A DNA stretch of 64,000 nucleotides from an uncultured cyanobacterium (GCA_963697335.1 CAVONQ010000005.1:101338-165337), one strand, 5' to 3'; positions 29,031 to 39,036 are shown, counted from the first letter of the stretch. The notes: generated by a model not told the origin, from the letters alone. Numbers and translations: made by a program.

Positions 29031-29247
29031 GCCGCAGGAGCACGATGTCGCATGGTCGAATCCCGCAGGGCTCTGTGGCTCACAATGGTCTCGGGGTGAC
29101 TCGTTGGACTCGCCGCTCAAACCAAACGCGTTCGTCCCTAACAACTGCACATCGCAGGACACTTCCTCAGTGCCTCGTGGTCCCACGCCTCCTGCACCAG
29201 CTCTCGCTCCAGGGCAGGGCATTCCCCCACGACCAGCTCGGGGCCCT

Positions 29248-29397
29248 TCAGGCCCTCAACAGGTGCACCCGGCGGAAGTGATGGTTGCGAAGCAGTGACT
29301 GCTGCAGCATCACGGCCTCATGCCTGTCTACGCAGCTGGCGAACGGACGGTGATCCAGATAGATGAGATGCAGACCCTGGGCCCAGACGGCAGCCAT
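29248..29397 (-). CDS. Possible 49-aa small protein
   Basis: MAAVWAQGLHLIYLDHRPFASCVDRHEAVMLQQSLLRNHHFRRVHLLRA; GC-rich third positions. Confidence 0.3.
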   Translation of the reverse strand: MAAVWAQGLHLIYLDHRPFASCVDRHEAVMLQQSLLRNHHFRRVHLLRA

Positions 29398-29638
29398 GGA
29401 AGAATTCCAGATTCTCTTTAGGTTTTAGCCGGGCATGAGTGCAGGCTGCAATCGGTGGTTCTACCCATGCCCCTCCTTGCGGCCGAGGCTTGAATCACCA
29501 CCATGAAGACGCGACTGCACCTGCAGGAGTCCAAAGGGTTCCACCGCTGATGCGGACGCTCGAGACCGGGGGCAGAAAGGGCGGCGGCAGGCAGGGCTGA
29601 TCGAAGGGGATCGATCGCCGCTGCCGCCCGCTGGCCCC

Positions 29639-31141
29639 TCAGGAGTGGCCCGTGGTGCTGGTCATCTTCTCCATCACCTCCTGCAGCGAGAAGCTGGCGG
29701 CCTTCTGGCGCGGCGGGAACTCCTGGAAGGTGGCCAGGAACTGGGCCACGTAGGCCTGGGCCGGCACCAGCAGGAACACATGATCCAGGATCCAGTCCCA
29801 ATAGGTGTTGGAGGTGATGTCGGCCCGCTCGTAGGGGTCGGTCTTGAGGTTGAAGATCTTCGGCACCCGCAGGGCCACGAAGGGTTCCGCCCAGATCTGC
29901 AGGGTGCCGGTGGCCCGCTGCTCCATGAACACCATCTTCCAGTTGTCGTAGCGCAGGGCCGTGAGATCGCCGTCGTCGGAGAAGTAGAAGAACTCCACCC
30001 GGGGGCTCTTGTCGGTCTTGCCCGTCCAGTAGTCGAGCATGTTGTAGCCGTCCAGATGCACGTGGTAGTGCCGGCTGCCGGCCTGGTGCCCGGCCTTGAG
30101 CTTCTCCTTGATCTCCGGCTCACCCGCCGCGGCCAGCAGCGTCGGCAGCCAGTCGAGGTGGCTCACTGTTTCGGTGTACAGGGTGCCCGGGGCAATCTTG
30201 CCGGGCCAGCGCACCAGGGCCGGCACCCGGTAGGCCCCCTCCCAGTTGGAGTTTTTCTCGTTGCGGAAGGGGGTCATGCCGGCATCGGGCCAGCTGTTCA
30301 TGTGGGGCCCGTTATCGGTGCTGTACATCACGATCGTGTCATCGGTGATGCCCAGCTCATCGAGCAGGTTGAGCATCTCACCGATGCAGTTGTCGTGATA
30401 GATCATCACGTCGTGGTACTCCGACTGCCAACGCCCTGACTGGCCCAGGTCCTGGGGCCGGGCATGGGTGCGGAAGTGCATGTGGGTGGTGTTGAACCAC
30501 ACGAAGAAGGGCTCGCCCGAGGCCACCGCGTCGCGGATGAACCGTTTGGCCTCGGCCATGAACTCCTCGTCGGCCGTCTCCATCCGCTTCTTGGTGAGCG
30601 GGCCAGTGTTCTCGATCCGCTGGGTGCCATCCGGGTTGGCCCAGCAGTGCAACACGCCACGGGGGCCGTAGTTGTTGCGGAAGTTCGGAAAATCTTCAGG
30701 GCTGGGATAATCACGCAGCTCCGGTTCCTCCTCGGCATTGAGGTGGTAGAGATTGCCGAAGAATTCGTCGAAGCCGTTGTTGGTGGGCAGGTGCTCGTCG
30801 CGGTCGCCGAAGTGGTTCTTGCCGAACTGACCGGTGCGGTACCCGAGGGGCTTGAGCAGGCCGGCGATGGTGGGGTCTTCGGTGCGATAGCCCAGCTCGG
30901 CTCCCGGCAGACCCACCTTGCTGAGGCCGGTGCGGAACACGCTCTGGCCCGAGATGAAGGCCGCGCGGCCGGCGGTGCAGCTCTGTTCGGCGTAGTAGTG
31001 GATGAAGCGCCCCCCCTCCTTGGCGACCCGGTCGATGTTGGGGGTCTGGTACCCCATCAGACCATCGCTGTAACAGCTCAGATTGCTCTGGCCGATGTCG
31101 TCACCCCAGAGGATGAGGATGTTGGGCTGGCCGTTCGGCAT
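29639..31141 (-). CDS. Arylsulfatase (Cys-type)
   Basis: PNILILWGDD, SCTAGR, GKNH, STDNG, WEG..RVP; no signal peptide. Confidence 0.9.
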   Translation of the reverse strand: MPNGQPNILILWGDDIGQSNLSCYSDGLMGYQTPNIDRVAKEGGRFIHYYAEQSCTAGRAAFISGQSVFRTGLSKVGLPGAELGYRTEDPTIAGLLKPLGYRTGQFGKNHFGDRDEHLPTNNGFDEFFGNLYHLNAEEEPELRDYPSPEDFPNFRNNYGPRGVLHCWANPDGTQRIENTGPLTKKRMETADEEFMAEAKRFIRDAVASGEPFFVWFNTTHMHFRTHARPQDLGQSGRWQSEYHDVMIYHDNCIGEMLNLLDELGITDDTIVMYSTDNGPHMNSWPDAGMTPFRNEKNSNWEGAYRVPALVRWPGKIAPGTLYTETVSHLDWLPTLLAAAGEPEIKEKLKAGHQAGSRHYHVHLDGYNMLDYWTGKTDKSPRVEFFYFSDDGDLTALRYDNWKMVFMEQRATGTLQIWAEPFVALRVPKIFNLKTDPYERADITSNTYWDWILDHVFLLVPAQAYVAQFLATFQEFPPRQKAASFSLQEVMEKMTSTTGHS

Positions 31142-31225
31142 GGCGAGGGAGAAGGCGAACACTGCTCGCACACTGTGGCCAGGGAGGCCCGGGGCGACCA
31201 CTCACAAAGTGCGAAATTGTGATTC

Positions 31226-31763
31226 ATGGCTGCCCCCCTGACCGTTGACGGCCTTGAGTGCCTGCAGGCCCAGCTGGCTCGCGCTGGGCTGTCGGTGACA
31301 GTGACCCAGCTCGCTGGGGGCGGGCTGCGCGGCGATCTGCACTCCCTGCGGCTGGGGGAACTGCGGCTGCTGCGCATCCGCCTCGACGGCGCCATCCACT
31401 GCGCCGGCTCCAAGCCGGCTGACCGCCAGCTCGTGGCCCTCGATCTGGACGGGGCCCTGCCCAAAGGTGGACCCCCTCAGGTTCACCCGGCTGCGGCGCT
31501 ACCTGATCCAGGGGTTCCGGGAGCACCTGGGGATGGGTCCGATCACCTATCTGCGGCTTCTGCGCCTGCATGGCATGCGCCAGGAACTCCTGGGGGCCGA
31601 TCCAAGCCAGGCGGTGATCGGCGCGCTCGCCGCCCAATGGGGCTTTTTCAACCATGGGCACTTCGCCCGGCACTACGCCGACCTGTTCGGGGAGCGGCCC
31701 CTCAGACCGGCTGCAGCTGGCTCTTCTGCCAGCGCACGAAGGGAATCGAGAGCAGCACGGTGA
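31226..31763 (+). pseudogene. AraC-family regulator with internal deletion
   Basis: N-domain start (TQL.GG.LRG) joined out of frame near 31480 to the HTH tail GFREHLGMGP..YLR..RL...WGF...GHFARHY..LFGERP. Confidence 0.7.
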
Positions 31764-32568
31764 CCAGCAGGTAGACCAGCACAGCCAGCTTGAGTCCAGG
31801 GACCGCGGCGCCGTAGGTGGCCGCGAACACCAGGGCCAGGCCCGGATTGCGCATCGAGGTGACCAGCGCCACCGTGAGCTGCTCGCCGGGAGCCGGACCC
31901 GCCATCAGGGAGCCGATGGTCAGCGCCGCCGCCACCATCACCGCCATGAAAACGAGCGCCAGCAGGTTGTTCGCCACGAAGGGCAGCAGCGCCGGACCGG
32001 CCTTGATCAACACCACCACCACGAGCAGCAGGAACAGCCCATTGGCCAGCTTGTTGAGGGGCCCTTCCAGCCGCTCCACCCAGTCCGGCCGCCAACGCCG
32101 CAGCAGCAGGCCGGCGGTGAGGGGTAACACCTGCGCCACGCTCACCTGCAGGGCCACCTCCCGGGGGCCGATATCCCAGCCCTCGATGCCGAAAGCGGCC
32201 CGGAACAGGTCGACCACCAGCGGTATCGACACGATCGCGGTGACCGCCGCGCAGGCCTGGAGCAAGGCCGCCAGCTGGTGATCGCCCCCGGTCTTGCCGG
32301 CCTTGCGCAGGGTGAGCGGCGCACTCGGGGAGAGGGCCATCAGGGCGATGCCAAAGCGCACCGGATTAGAGAGGGCCAGACTCAGGGGCAGCTTCAACAG
32401 CACCAGGGCCACCAGGGGCACCAGCACACAGGAGCCAACCAGCACCCGGATCACCAGGGCCGGGCGCTGGCGGATCTGCGCCAGCGCCTCGATCTGCAGA
32501 CCGAGGCCGAGGGCGAACATGATCGCGAACAGGGCGAGGCCGGGAAGGGCGGCGGCGAGCTGGGCCAT
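31702..32568 (-). CDS. Bile acid:sodium symporter family transporter (paralog of 20777-21667)
   Basis: MFALGL, SPSAP, MRNPGLA. Confidence 0.8.
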   Translation of the reverse strand: MAQLAAALPGLALFAIMFALGLGLQIEALAQIRQRPALVIRVLVGSCVLVPLVALVLLKLPLSLALSNPVRFGIALMALSPSAPLTLRKAGKTGGDHQLAALLQACAAVTAIVSIPLVVDLFRAAFGIEGWDIGPREVALQVSVAQVLPLTAGLLLRRWRPDWVERLEGPLNKLANGLFLLLVVVVLIKAGPALLPFVANNLLALVFMAVMVAAALTIGSLMAGPAPGEQLTVALVTSMRNPGLALVFAATYGAAVPGLKLAVLVYLLVTVLLSIPFVRWQKSQLQPV

Positions 32569-32629
32569 GGAGTCCGGATCGGGGCTGAAGCCAGAGCTGA
32601 ACCTATGACTGCCCTCGCTCAGCGGTCTG

Positions 32630-33583
32630 TCATCCCTCGCTGAACACGCGGGCCCAGTCCCGGCGCATCGATACCACCGTCCAGCCCCGCTGGGGCGCTT
32701 CCTTCAGGGCCCGGTCGAGGCGCCCGATGGGGGAACCGCTGGCATAGGCCACCTCCCGCTCCGGGTCGTCGTGGTGAACGATCACCCCCAGGCTCGGCCC
32801 CGGCTGGCTGGTGGTCCACTCCAGCATCTCGAAGTCGCCATCGGAATTGCCGAAGGCGGCAATGGGCCGGCGGCCGATCACCTGCTGGATCATCACCGGC
32901 TTGACCTCCTGGTCGTTGATCAGCTGAACCTCCGCCTGGCGCAGGATCGCCGGCTGCCCCTCCTGGCTGCCGTAGCGGCTGGCCACCTGCGAGCCGATCA
33001 CCTGCTCGGGGGGAATGCCGTAGAGGTCGTCGCTCACCACCCGTAGGAACTCGGCGCCACCGGCGGACACGATGTAGGTGCGGAACTGATGGGCCCGGAG
33101 GTAATCCAGCAGCTCCCTCATCGGCGCGTAGGTGAGAGCGGTGTAGGCGCGCTGCCAGCGGGGGTGGCAGGCGCTGGCGAACCAGTCGGCCACCAGCTGC
33201 CGAAACGCCTCGGCGGCCATGCCGGAGTGGGTGAGGGCCACCAGCTCCAGCAGTTCCGGGATGCCCATGCGGAGCAACCCCGCCCCGGAATCAGGTGCGG
33301 CGGCCGCAGCCAGGAGCGGATGGCCGGCCAGCTCGGGCTGCTCGGCCACGAGGCTGCGGGCACGATCGATCGAAAAGGCCAGCTGCACGTACATGGGCTG
33401 CTCCGCCCAGAGCGTGCCGTCGTTGTCGAACACGGCGATGCGCTCCGCCGGGGCCACATGGTGAGGCCCTCCCGGGGTGCTCACCGCGGCCACGAAGTCG
33501 AGGATGCGCTGGCGGCAGGGGCCCTCGCGCCAGCAGGAGAGGGAACGCCGCATCGCTGGGGATCCAACCATCGCTGGCGCCAT
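32630..33583 (-). CDS. HAD-family hydrolase (acid phosphatase-like)
   Basis: FDNDGTLW, YIVSAGG, GNSDGD, HHDD..RE; start uncertain (33553-33583). Confidence 0.85.
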   Translation of the reverse strand: MAPAMVGSPAMRRSLSCWREGPCRQRILDFVAAVSTPGGPHHVAPAERIAVFDNDGTLWAEQPMYVQLAFSIDRARSLVAEQPELAGHPLLAAAAAPDSGAGLLRMGIPELLELVALTHSGMAAEAFRQLVADWFASACHPRWQRAYTALTYAPMRELLDYLRAHQFRTYIVSAGGAEFLRVVSDDLYGIPPEQVIGSQVASRYGSQEGQPAILRQAEVQLINDQEVKPVMIQQVIGRRPIAAFGNSDGDFEMLEWTTSQPGPSLGVIVHHDDPEREVAYASGSPIGRLDRALKEAPQRGWTVVSMRRDWARVFSEG

Positions 33584-33593
33584 GATGCCCGCC

Positions 33594-34010
33594 TCAGCCG
33601 GCGGCGCCGGCCCCATCACCCAGGAACCGCTCCACGGCGCGTTCCATATTGAGGTGGAGCCGGCCCGGCCCCAGGCGCTCGCCCAGCTCGGAGCGGCGCA
33701 CCACCTGCAGCACATCCGGATTCAGCCCGGCCATCCCCAGCTCCGTGCCGCCGCAGGCTGCTGGTGGCCAGGGCCCGGGCGGGATCCTGGGCCACCCCGA
33801 GGCTGTCGAGCTCGCTGCCCACCAGGATCGCCAGGGTGGTGGTGGTGCTCACGCTCAGGGACCGAGAGCTGCCCAGCAGCGCGTACACCAGCATCGGCAC
33901 CAGGGCCGTGTAGAGCCCCACCTCCACCGGCAGGCCGGCGATCGTGGCGAAGGCCAGGCCCTTGGGCAGCACCACCGCCGCCGCCATGAGGCCCGCCACC
34001 AGGTCGGGGC
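33594..34010 (-). pseudogene. SulP transporter with large internal deletion
   Basis: N-part PDLVAGL..AAVVLPK.LAFATIAGLPVEVGLYTA joined near 33760 to the STAS tail AGLNPDVLQVVRRS.LGERLG in another frame. Confidence 0.75.
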
Positions 34011-34520
34011 TCAGGATTGCTCGACGCAGCGGGGGCAGAGGGCCCGCACCGTGAGCACACAGTCGAGCAGACGAAAGGCATGGGCCTTGGCCGCCTCGTC
34101 GCCAGCGGCCAGCACGGCGGTGTTCTCGAATTCCTCGGTGCGACCGCAGCGCACGCACACCAGGTGGTGGTGATCGCGGGTGCTGTCACCGGCCAGCTCA
34201 AAGCGCCGCCCCCCCTCGGGCAGTTCCAGCTCCTGCAGGCGGCCCATGGAACTCAGCAGCCTCAAGGTGCGGTACACCGTGGCCAGGGACACCCGCTCAC
34301 TCGCCCTGAGCAGCCGTTGATGCACCTCCTCGGCGCTGAGGTGGGTGCCCTCACCGATCTGCTCGAACAGCATCAGCACCCGCTGGCGCTGGGGGGTGAG
34401 CCGCTGGCCGCGGTCATGGAGGCTGTTGCGCAGGCCCTCGCTGGCGCTGAGCAGGCCTTCCGGGGCCGCCGTGGGGCCTGCGGCGGCAGCCCTGGAGCCA
34501 GGGGTCGGGGGGGAAGACAC
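34011..34520 (-). CDS. fur: Ferric uptake regulator
   Basis: RLTPQR, HLSAEE, VSLATVYRTL, HHHLVCVRCG, C..C. Confidence 0.9.
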   Translation of the reverse strand: MSSPPTPGSRAAAAGPTAAPEGLLSASEGLRNSLHDRGQRLTPQRQRVLMLFEQIGEGTHLSAEEVHQRLLRASERVSLATVYRTLRLLSSMGRLQELELPEGGRRFELAGDSTRDHHHLVCVRCGRTEEFENTAVLAAGDEAAKAHAFRLLDCVLTVRALCPRCVEQS

Positions 34521-34589
34521 CGCAGCGAGCCTGGGCTTCTCAACAATAGGCGTAATTGCGAAGCATGGCCATGGCGGCAGGCCGGCGGC

Positions 34590-35669
34590 TCAGGTCGCAG
34601 GACGCGCCCCAGGGCGGCCCGGACCCGTGGGCCGATCCAGGCGTTGGTCGAGGCGAGCCGTGAGCGCCGCCAGCAGATCGGCCAGGGTCACCGTGAGCCG
34701 GTAGCTGATGGCGATGGCCAGCAGGGGCGCCTCGGAGATCTGGCCGCCGAGACGCAGCAGCAGCACCGCCTCGAACACGCCGATGCCCCCGGGGGCACCG
34801 GGAACCACCAGGCCGGCGGTCCAGGCGAGGGCGAAGGCCGCCAGCCAGCCGCCCCAGCCCAGGGAACCCTGCAGCTCAAAGGCGAGCACGCAACAGCCGA
34901 AGCCGCCGAAGCGCAGCAGCACGAAACCCAGCTGGGCCAGGAGGGGGGCTACGGGATAGGCGCCGGGCAGGGGAACTGCGGTCTCGGCCGCAGCCAGGGT
35001 CTCGGAGCCACTGGCCTGGGCCAGCTGGCGGCCCCGGCGCCGTTCCAGGGCCAGCAGCAAGGGCCTCAACCAGCGGGGCAGCAGCAGCAGCAGGGGCAGC
35101 AGCGCCACCAGCGCCACCCCGCCGCGCCAGCCATCCGCCGCCACCAGGGCCAGGGCCGCCACGGCGGCGATCAGGGGGTCGAGCAGCACGGCCGCCAGGG
35201 CCTGGGGCAAGGCCGCGGGGCTGCGCAGCGGACCGGCCGGGTCCCGCAGCAGAGCCAGCCGGCTGGTGAGGTGCCAGATCCCCCCCGGCAGAAACTTGCG
35301 CAGGTTGGTGTCGAGATAGAGGCGCACCAGGGCGGCCCAGCGGGGGCGTTGCCCCAGCCAGAGCAACACCACGCCAAAGCCGAGCCCATTGGCCACCAGG
35401 CTCAGCAGGCTGGCCCCCACCCCCAGCAGCAGCCAGAGCCAACCCTGCAGGTCCAGGCTCAGCTGCAGCATCTGGCGGCCGTGGTTGACCAGGGCAGCCA
35501 GCAGAAAACCAAAGCTCAGCAGGGTGAACCAGAGCCCCAGCCCACCGGGTGGGGCAGGCAGGCGGGCCAGCCTGGCCTGAAGAGCCCCGCCCCACTGGCC
35601 GGCTTTGTGCAGCAAGGCAAGCCCCTGCCGCTTCAGTCCGCTCGCCAGGCCGCCCAGGCGCCCGCTCAT
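34590..35669 (-). CDS. UPF0104/lysylphosphatidylglycerol synthase TM-domain protein
   Basis: KFLPGGIW, VPGAPGGIGVFE, YR. Confidence 0.75.
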   Translation of the reverse strand: MSGRLGGLASGLKRQGLALLHKAGQWGGALQARLARLPAPPGGLGLWFTLLSFGFLLAALVNHGRQMLQLSLDLQGWLWLLLGVGASLLSLVANGLGFGVVLLWLGQRPRWAALVRLYLDTNLRKFLPGGIWHLTSRLALLRDPAGPLRSPAALPQALAAVLLDPLIAAVAALALVAADGWRGGVALVALLPLLLLLPRWLRPLLLALERRRGRQLAQASGSETLAAAETAVPLPGAYPVAPLLAQLGFVLLRFGGFGCCVLAFELQGSLGWGGWLAAFALAWTAGLVVPGAPGGIGVFEAVLLLRLGGQISEAPLLAIAISYRLTVTLADLLAALTARLDQRLDRPTGPGRPGARPAT

Positions 35670-36931
35670 CGGGCCTCCACGATGGCGGCAGGCTGCACGC
35701 CCTCAGCCTTGCTCCGCAGGGCCTCCTGAACCACGGCTCTCACCTGCTCAATGCTGAGATTGTGGCTGCGGGCGAGCCCCACCAAGGCGTCGTGTTCCGG
35801 TTTGCTGCGCCAGCGGCCGTCGGGCAGGCGAGCCTGCTTGATCGGCACCTCCCCCAGGGGGGTGGGCAGCAGCAGCTGGCGCCGGGGCAGCACCCAGCGG
35901 GGCTGGCTGCATTCGCGCAGGCCCAGGCTGGTGCTGTGCTGCCACCACACGCCGCGCAGGCTGGCCGCCCGAGCCGGGTGGGCCAGGGCCGTGACCAGCC
36001 AGCCAGGGCGTCCCTTCTTCATCTGAATCGGCTGACAGAACACCTCCAGGGCGCCCGCCTGGCGCAGGGCCTCCTGCAGCACGGCCAGGTCTTCGGGGGT
36101 GGCGTCATCGATCTGGGCCTGCTGCTCCACCACGGTTTCCACAGCGGGCTCCAGGCCCGACTCAGCCTGGGACTGGCCCGGGGCGGCCGCGGAGCCCTCC
36201 ACCGGATCGGCCAGCACCAGCCGCAGCAGGTTGGGACGGTCGAGTTGACGGCTGCCCAGGCCGATGCCCACCTGGCGGGGCCGGTGGGCCGGGGGCAGGC
36301 CGAAGCTCTCCGCCCAGGCCGCCATCAGGGCCAGACCCGTGGGGGTGGTGAGTTCGCCGGCAGGGAAGCCGGCCGCGGAGGCCAGGGGAATGCCATGGCG
36401 CCGAGCAATCTCCAGCACGGCAGGGGCCGGCAGCGGCAGGATGCCGTGGGCCGTGGCCACGGTGCCGTGGCCCGCCGGCGGCGGGGTGCACTCCAGCCGG
36501 CTGATGCCCAGGTGCAGCAGGGCGGCGCAGACCCCCACCACATCCACCAGGGCATCGAGGGCGCCCACCTCATGGAAGTGCACCTGCTCGGGGGCATGGC
36601 CATGGACGCGGGCTTCGGCCTCCGCCAGCAGTTCGAACACGGAGAGCACCCTGGCCCGCAGCGCCTCGGGCCAGGGGGCCTCCAGCAGGGTGCGGCGCAG
36701 GGACTGCCAGGTGCGCGCCGGGGGGTCGGCGTCCTGGTCCACGACCTCCAGGTGCAGGCCCCGCAGCCCGCCGCTGCGGCGCTCGCTGATCTCCAGCGCG
36801 TAAGTGCCGGCAAGACCCAGATCGGCCAGGGGGGCGTGGACCACCCCTGGCGGCACCCCGAGATCGAGCAGGGCCGCCAGCAGCATGTTGCCGGCCAGGC
36901 CGGTGGGGCAATCCAGCAGGGCCAGCGTCAT
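35666..36931 (-). CDS. larC: Nickel pincer cofactor biosynthesis protein
   Basis: DCPTGLAGNM, VHFHEVGALD, TPTG, IDD..PE, MKKGRPG, KPE. Confidence 0.9.
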   Translation of the reverse strand: MTLALLDCPTGLAGNMLLAALLDLGVPPGVVHAPLADLGLAGTYALEISERRSGGLRGLHLEVVDQDADPPARTWQSLRRTLLEAPWPEALRARVLSVFELLAEAEARVHGHAPEQVHFHEVGALDALVDVVGVCAALLHLGISRLECTPPPAGHGTVATAHGILPLPAPAVLEIARRHGIPLASAAGFPAGELTTPTGLALMAAWAESFGLPPAHRPRQVGIGLGSRQLDRPNLLRLVLADPVEGSAAAPGQSQAESGLEPAVETVVEQQAQIDDATPEDLAVLQEALRQAGALEVFCQPIQMKKGRPGWLVTALAHPARAASLRGVWWQHSTSLGLRECSQPRWVLPRRQLLLPTPLGEVPIKQARLPDGRWRSKPEHDALVGLARSHNLSIEQVRAVVQEALRSKAEGVQPAAIVEAR

Positions 36932-37578
36932 GCGCTGGGCTCCAGGGGCGTGCCCTGGCCCAGGCGCGGTGCCGCCTCCAGCAGGGTCTGGGCCTGGCCC
37001 TCCAGATCGTCGCGCCGGTTCCGCAGGCACTGCTCCACCTCGCGGCGGGCCCGGCGCTGCTCGCGCTGGGCCGTGTCCACGTCGTGGCCCGAGAGGCCCC
37101 AGAGCCGGCCCAGCAGGGCGCGATCATCGGCGCCGCCGATGTTGTCGCCGAAGATCACCTGCTCGGCGGCCATGCCCGCCTGCAGCACCCGGCTCCAGCG
37201 GCGCAGGTCTTCAAGGGCCAGTTTGGCGCTGGCGGGGGGCTCCAGCTCGGTGGTGCCGCCGGCGCTGAGGCCCACCCGCAGACAGGCCAGGCTGCCCACC
37301 AGCACCTGGCGCACCACCATCCCCTCCTGGGCCGCGATCAGCACATGGCCGGCCTCATGGGTGGCGATGCGCCGCAGCCGCGACTGGCCGCCGGGCATGG
37401 CCTCGGCCAGCAGATGGCCGCCCCTGCCACCGAAGCGGAAGGCATCCAGGCTCAGAAAGCCGAGGCAGAGCACCACGGCCAGGGCGATCCACCAGGGCGA
37501 AAGCCCCAGCAGGGGCCCCAGCACCGCCAGCAGACTGATCAGGGCGACCACCACCCCTGCGGCCAGGGGAGAGGTCAT
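36928..37578 (-). CDS. Peptidase M41-like membrane protein
   Basis: RIATHEAGH and AGMAAE motifs after two TM helices. Confidence 0.7.
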   Translation of the reverse strand: MTSPLAAGVVVALISLLAVLGPLLGLSPWWIALAVVLCLGFLSLDAFRFGGRGGHLLAEAMPGGQSRLRRIATHEAGHVLIAAQEGMVVRQVLVGSLACLRVGLSAGGTTELEPPASAKLALEDLRRWSRVLQAGMAAEQVIFGDNIGGADDRALLGRLWGLSGHDVDTAQREQRRARREVEQCLRNRRDDLEGQAQTLLEAAPRLGQGTPLEPSA

Positions 37579-38312
37579 GGCTGCATCAGCCAGCCCGCAG
37601 CGGGGGCCAGCAGCAGGGCCGCCAGGCCGTTCACCACGGAGGGATGGGGCAGCTGCAACAGATCCAGGGCCAGGGCCAGCACCAGCAGGCCCCCCACGGC
37701 AGCCGTGAACAGCACCGCCGGCGCCTGGGATGGATCGCCGACACCACCGGCCAGCAGGGCGCCGACGCCGGAGAGGCCGAACTGCAGCACTCCGAGGGGC
37801 AGCAGCACCCAGAGCACCACCAGACCCACCCCGGCGGCCAGCACCGCCGCGCTGAGACCATCGAGGCCGGCCTTCACCAGCAGGAGATCGGCATCTCCCA
37901 GGGCGCCATTGCGCAGACAGCCCAGCAAGGTCATCGGGCCGATGCAGAAGAGCACGAAGGCACCGCTCACCACCTCCGCCGCTCCGCGGCCTGGGTCTGC
38001 CGCCCGGGAGCGGTTGAAGCTGGCCAGCCAGGCCTCGAGCCGACGCTCCAGGGCCAGGGTGTGGCCGAGCCAGGAGCCCAGCACCAGCACCAGCAGGGCC
38101 GCCAGCAGGGCCGGGAAGGGCCCTAGCCGCAGGCTCCAGAGGGGCTGAACCATCTGGATGGCCAGCAGCAGGGTGATCACCCCGAGCCACTGCTGCCACT
38201 GCCCCCTGAGATCGGCGGGCAGGCGGCTGCCGAGGCGGGAACCCATCAGGCCGCCACCGAGCACCGCCAGCAGGTTGATCCACGTGCCGCCGGTGGCCGC
38301 CCAGAAGGCCAT
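37575..38312 (-). CDS. DUF554 family membrane protein
   Basis: GTWIN, LFCIGPM...G, K..LDG. Confidence 0.85.
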   Translation of the reverse strand: MAFWAATGGTWINLLAVLGGGLMGSRLGSRLPADLRGQWQQWLGVITLLLAIQMVQPLWSLRLGPFPALLAALLVLVLGSWLGHTLALERRLEAWLASFNRSRAADPGRGAAEVVSGAFVLFCIGPMTLLGCLRNGALGDADLLLVKAGLDGLSAAVLAAGVGLVVLWVLLPLGVLQFGLSGVGALLAGGVGDPSQAPAVLFTAAVGGLLVLALALDLLQLPHPSVVNGLAALLLAPAAGWLMQP

Positions 38313-38313
38313 C

Positions 38314-39036
38314 TCAGCCGACCGGGCGACTCACCGCCGTGCGACCACCGCCCCGCTTGGGAGAGGGCTTGCCACCGGTGTCGCGGCGGCCCTTGCCACC
38401 ACGGCTGCCCCGCTGGGCCACCGGTGCCAGCACCTCAAAGCTCTCGAGCTGCAGCTCCTCTCCGTGGCGCCGCATGGCCAGCGAGACGAAGTGGCGCAGA
38501 TGCTCGAGGGGAAGCTCTCCCTTCAGTTGCAGCTTGAACGGAATCGGACGGCTGCCATCGGCGCGGGGCATCTGGCGCACCTTGACCACCAGATCGCCCG
38601 TTTCAGGACGGGTGTAAATCAGCTCGCCCCGCACCGAGAAATAGTCATCACCTTCGGGAAGCTCGTCGCTGGCGGCAGCCGCCACAGCAGCACCTTCGAC
38701 CTCGCTTGCTGGTGGCTCACTGGCCACAGCCCCATTTGCCGCCGGCTCGGCCAGGGTGCTGGGCTCCCAGATCCCCACCATCTGCAGGTGCAGACCCTGC
38801 TCCTCCCGGGAGCGGGGGTAGACCACCCAGAGGTGGGGCTGGGCGAGATCGAGGTGCCGGCGCATCAGCGTGAGCAGGCGCCCGAGCACCACAGCCTCAA
38901 CGGCCTGGCCATCGGCCGTGTGGATCGCTCCGCGGGTGAGCTGCTCGGGGTCGGTGGGCACATAGGTACCGCGCACCACGCCGATGGCCCGGTACTGCAA
39001 CGGTTCTGTGACCGGTGGGATGGGGTGGTCGCGCAT
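38314..39036 (-). CDS. Conserved cyanobacterial hypothetical protein
   Basis: HPIPPVTEPLQYRAIG, HLWVVYPR, GIWEP, YFSVRGE. Confidence 0.75.
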   Translation of the reverse strand: MRDHPIPPVTEPLQYRAIGVVRGTYVPTDPEQLTRGAIHTADGQAVEAVVLGRLLTLMRRHLDLAQPHLWVVYPRSREEQGLHLQMVGIWEPSTLAEPAANGAVASEPPASEVEGAAVAAAASDELPEGDDYFSVRGELIYTRPETGDLVVKVRQMPRADGSRPIPFKLQLKGELPLEHLRHFVSLAMRRHGEELQLESFEVLAPVAQRGSRGGKGRRDTGGKPSPKRGGGRTAVSRPVG

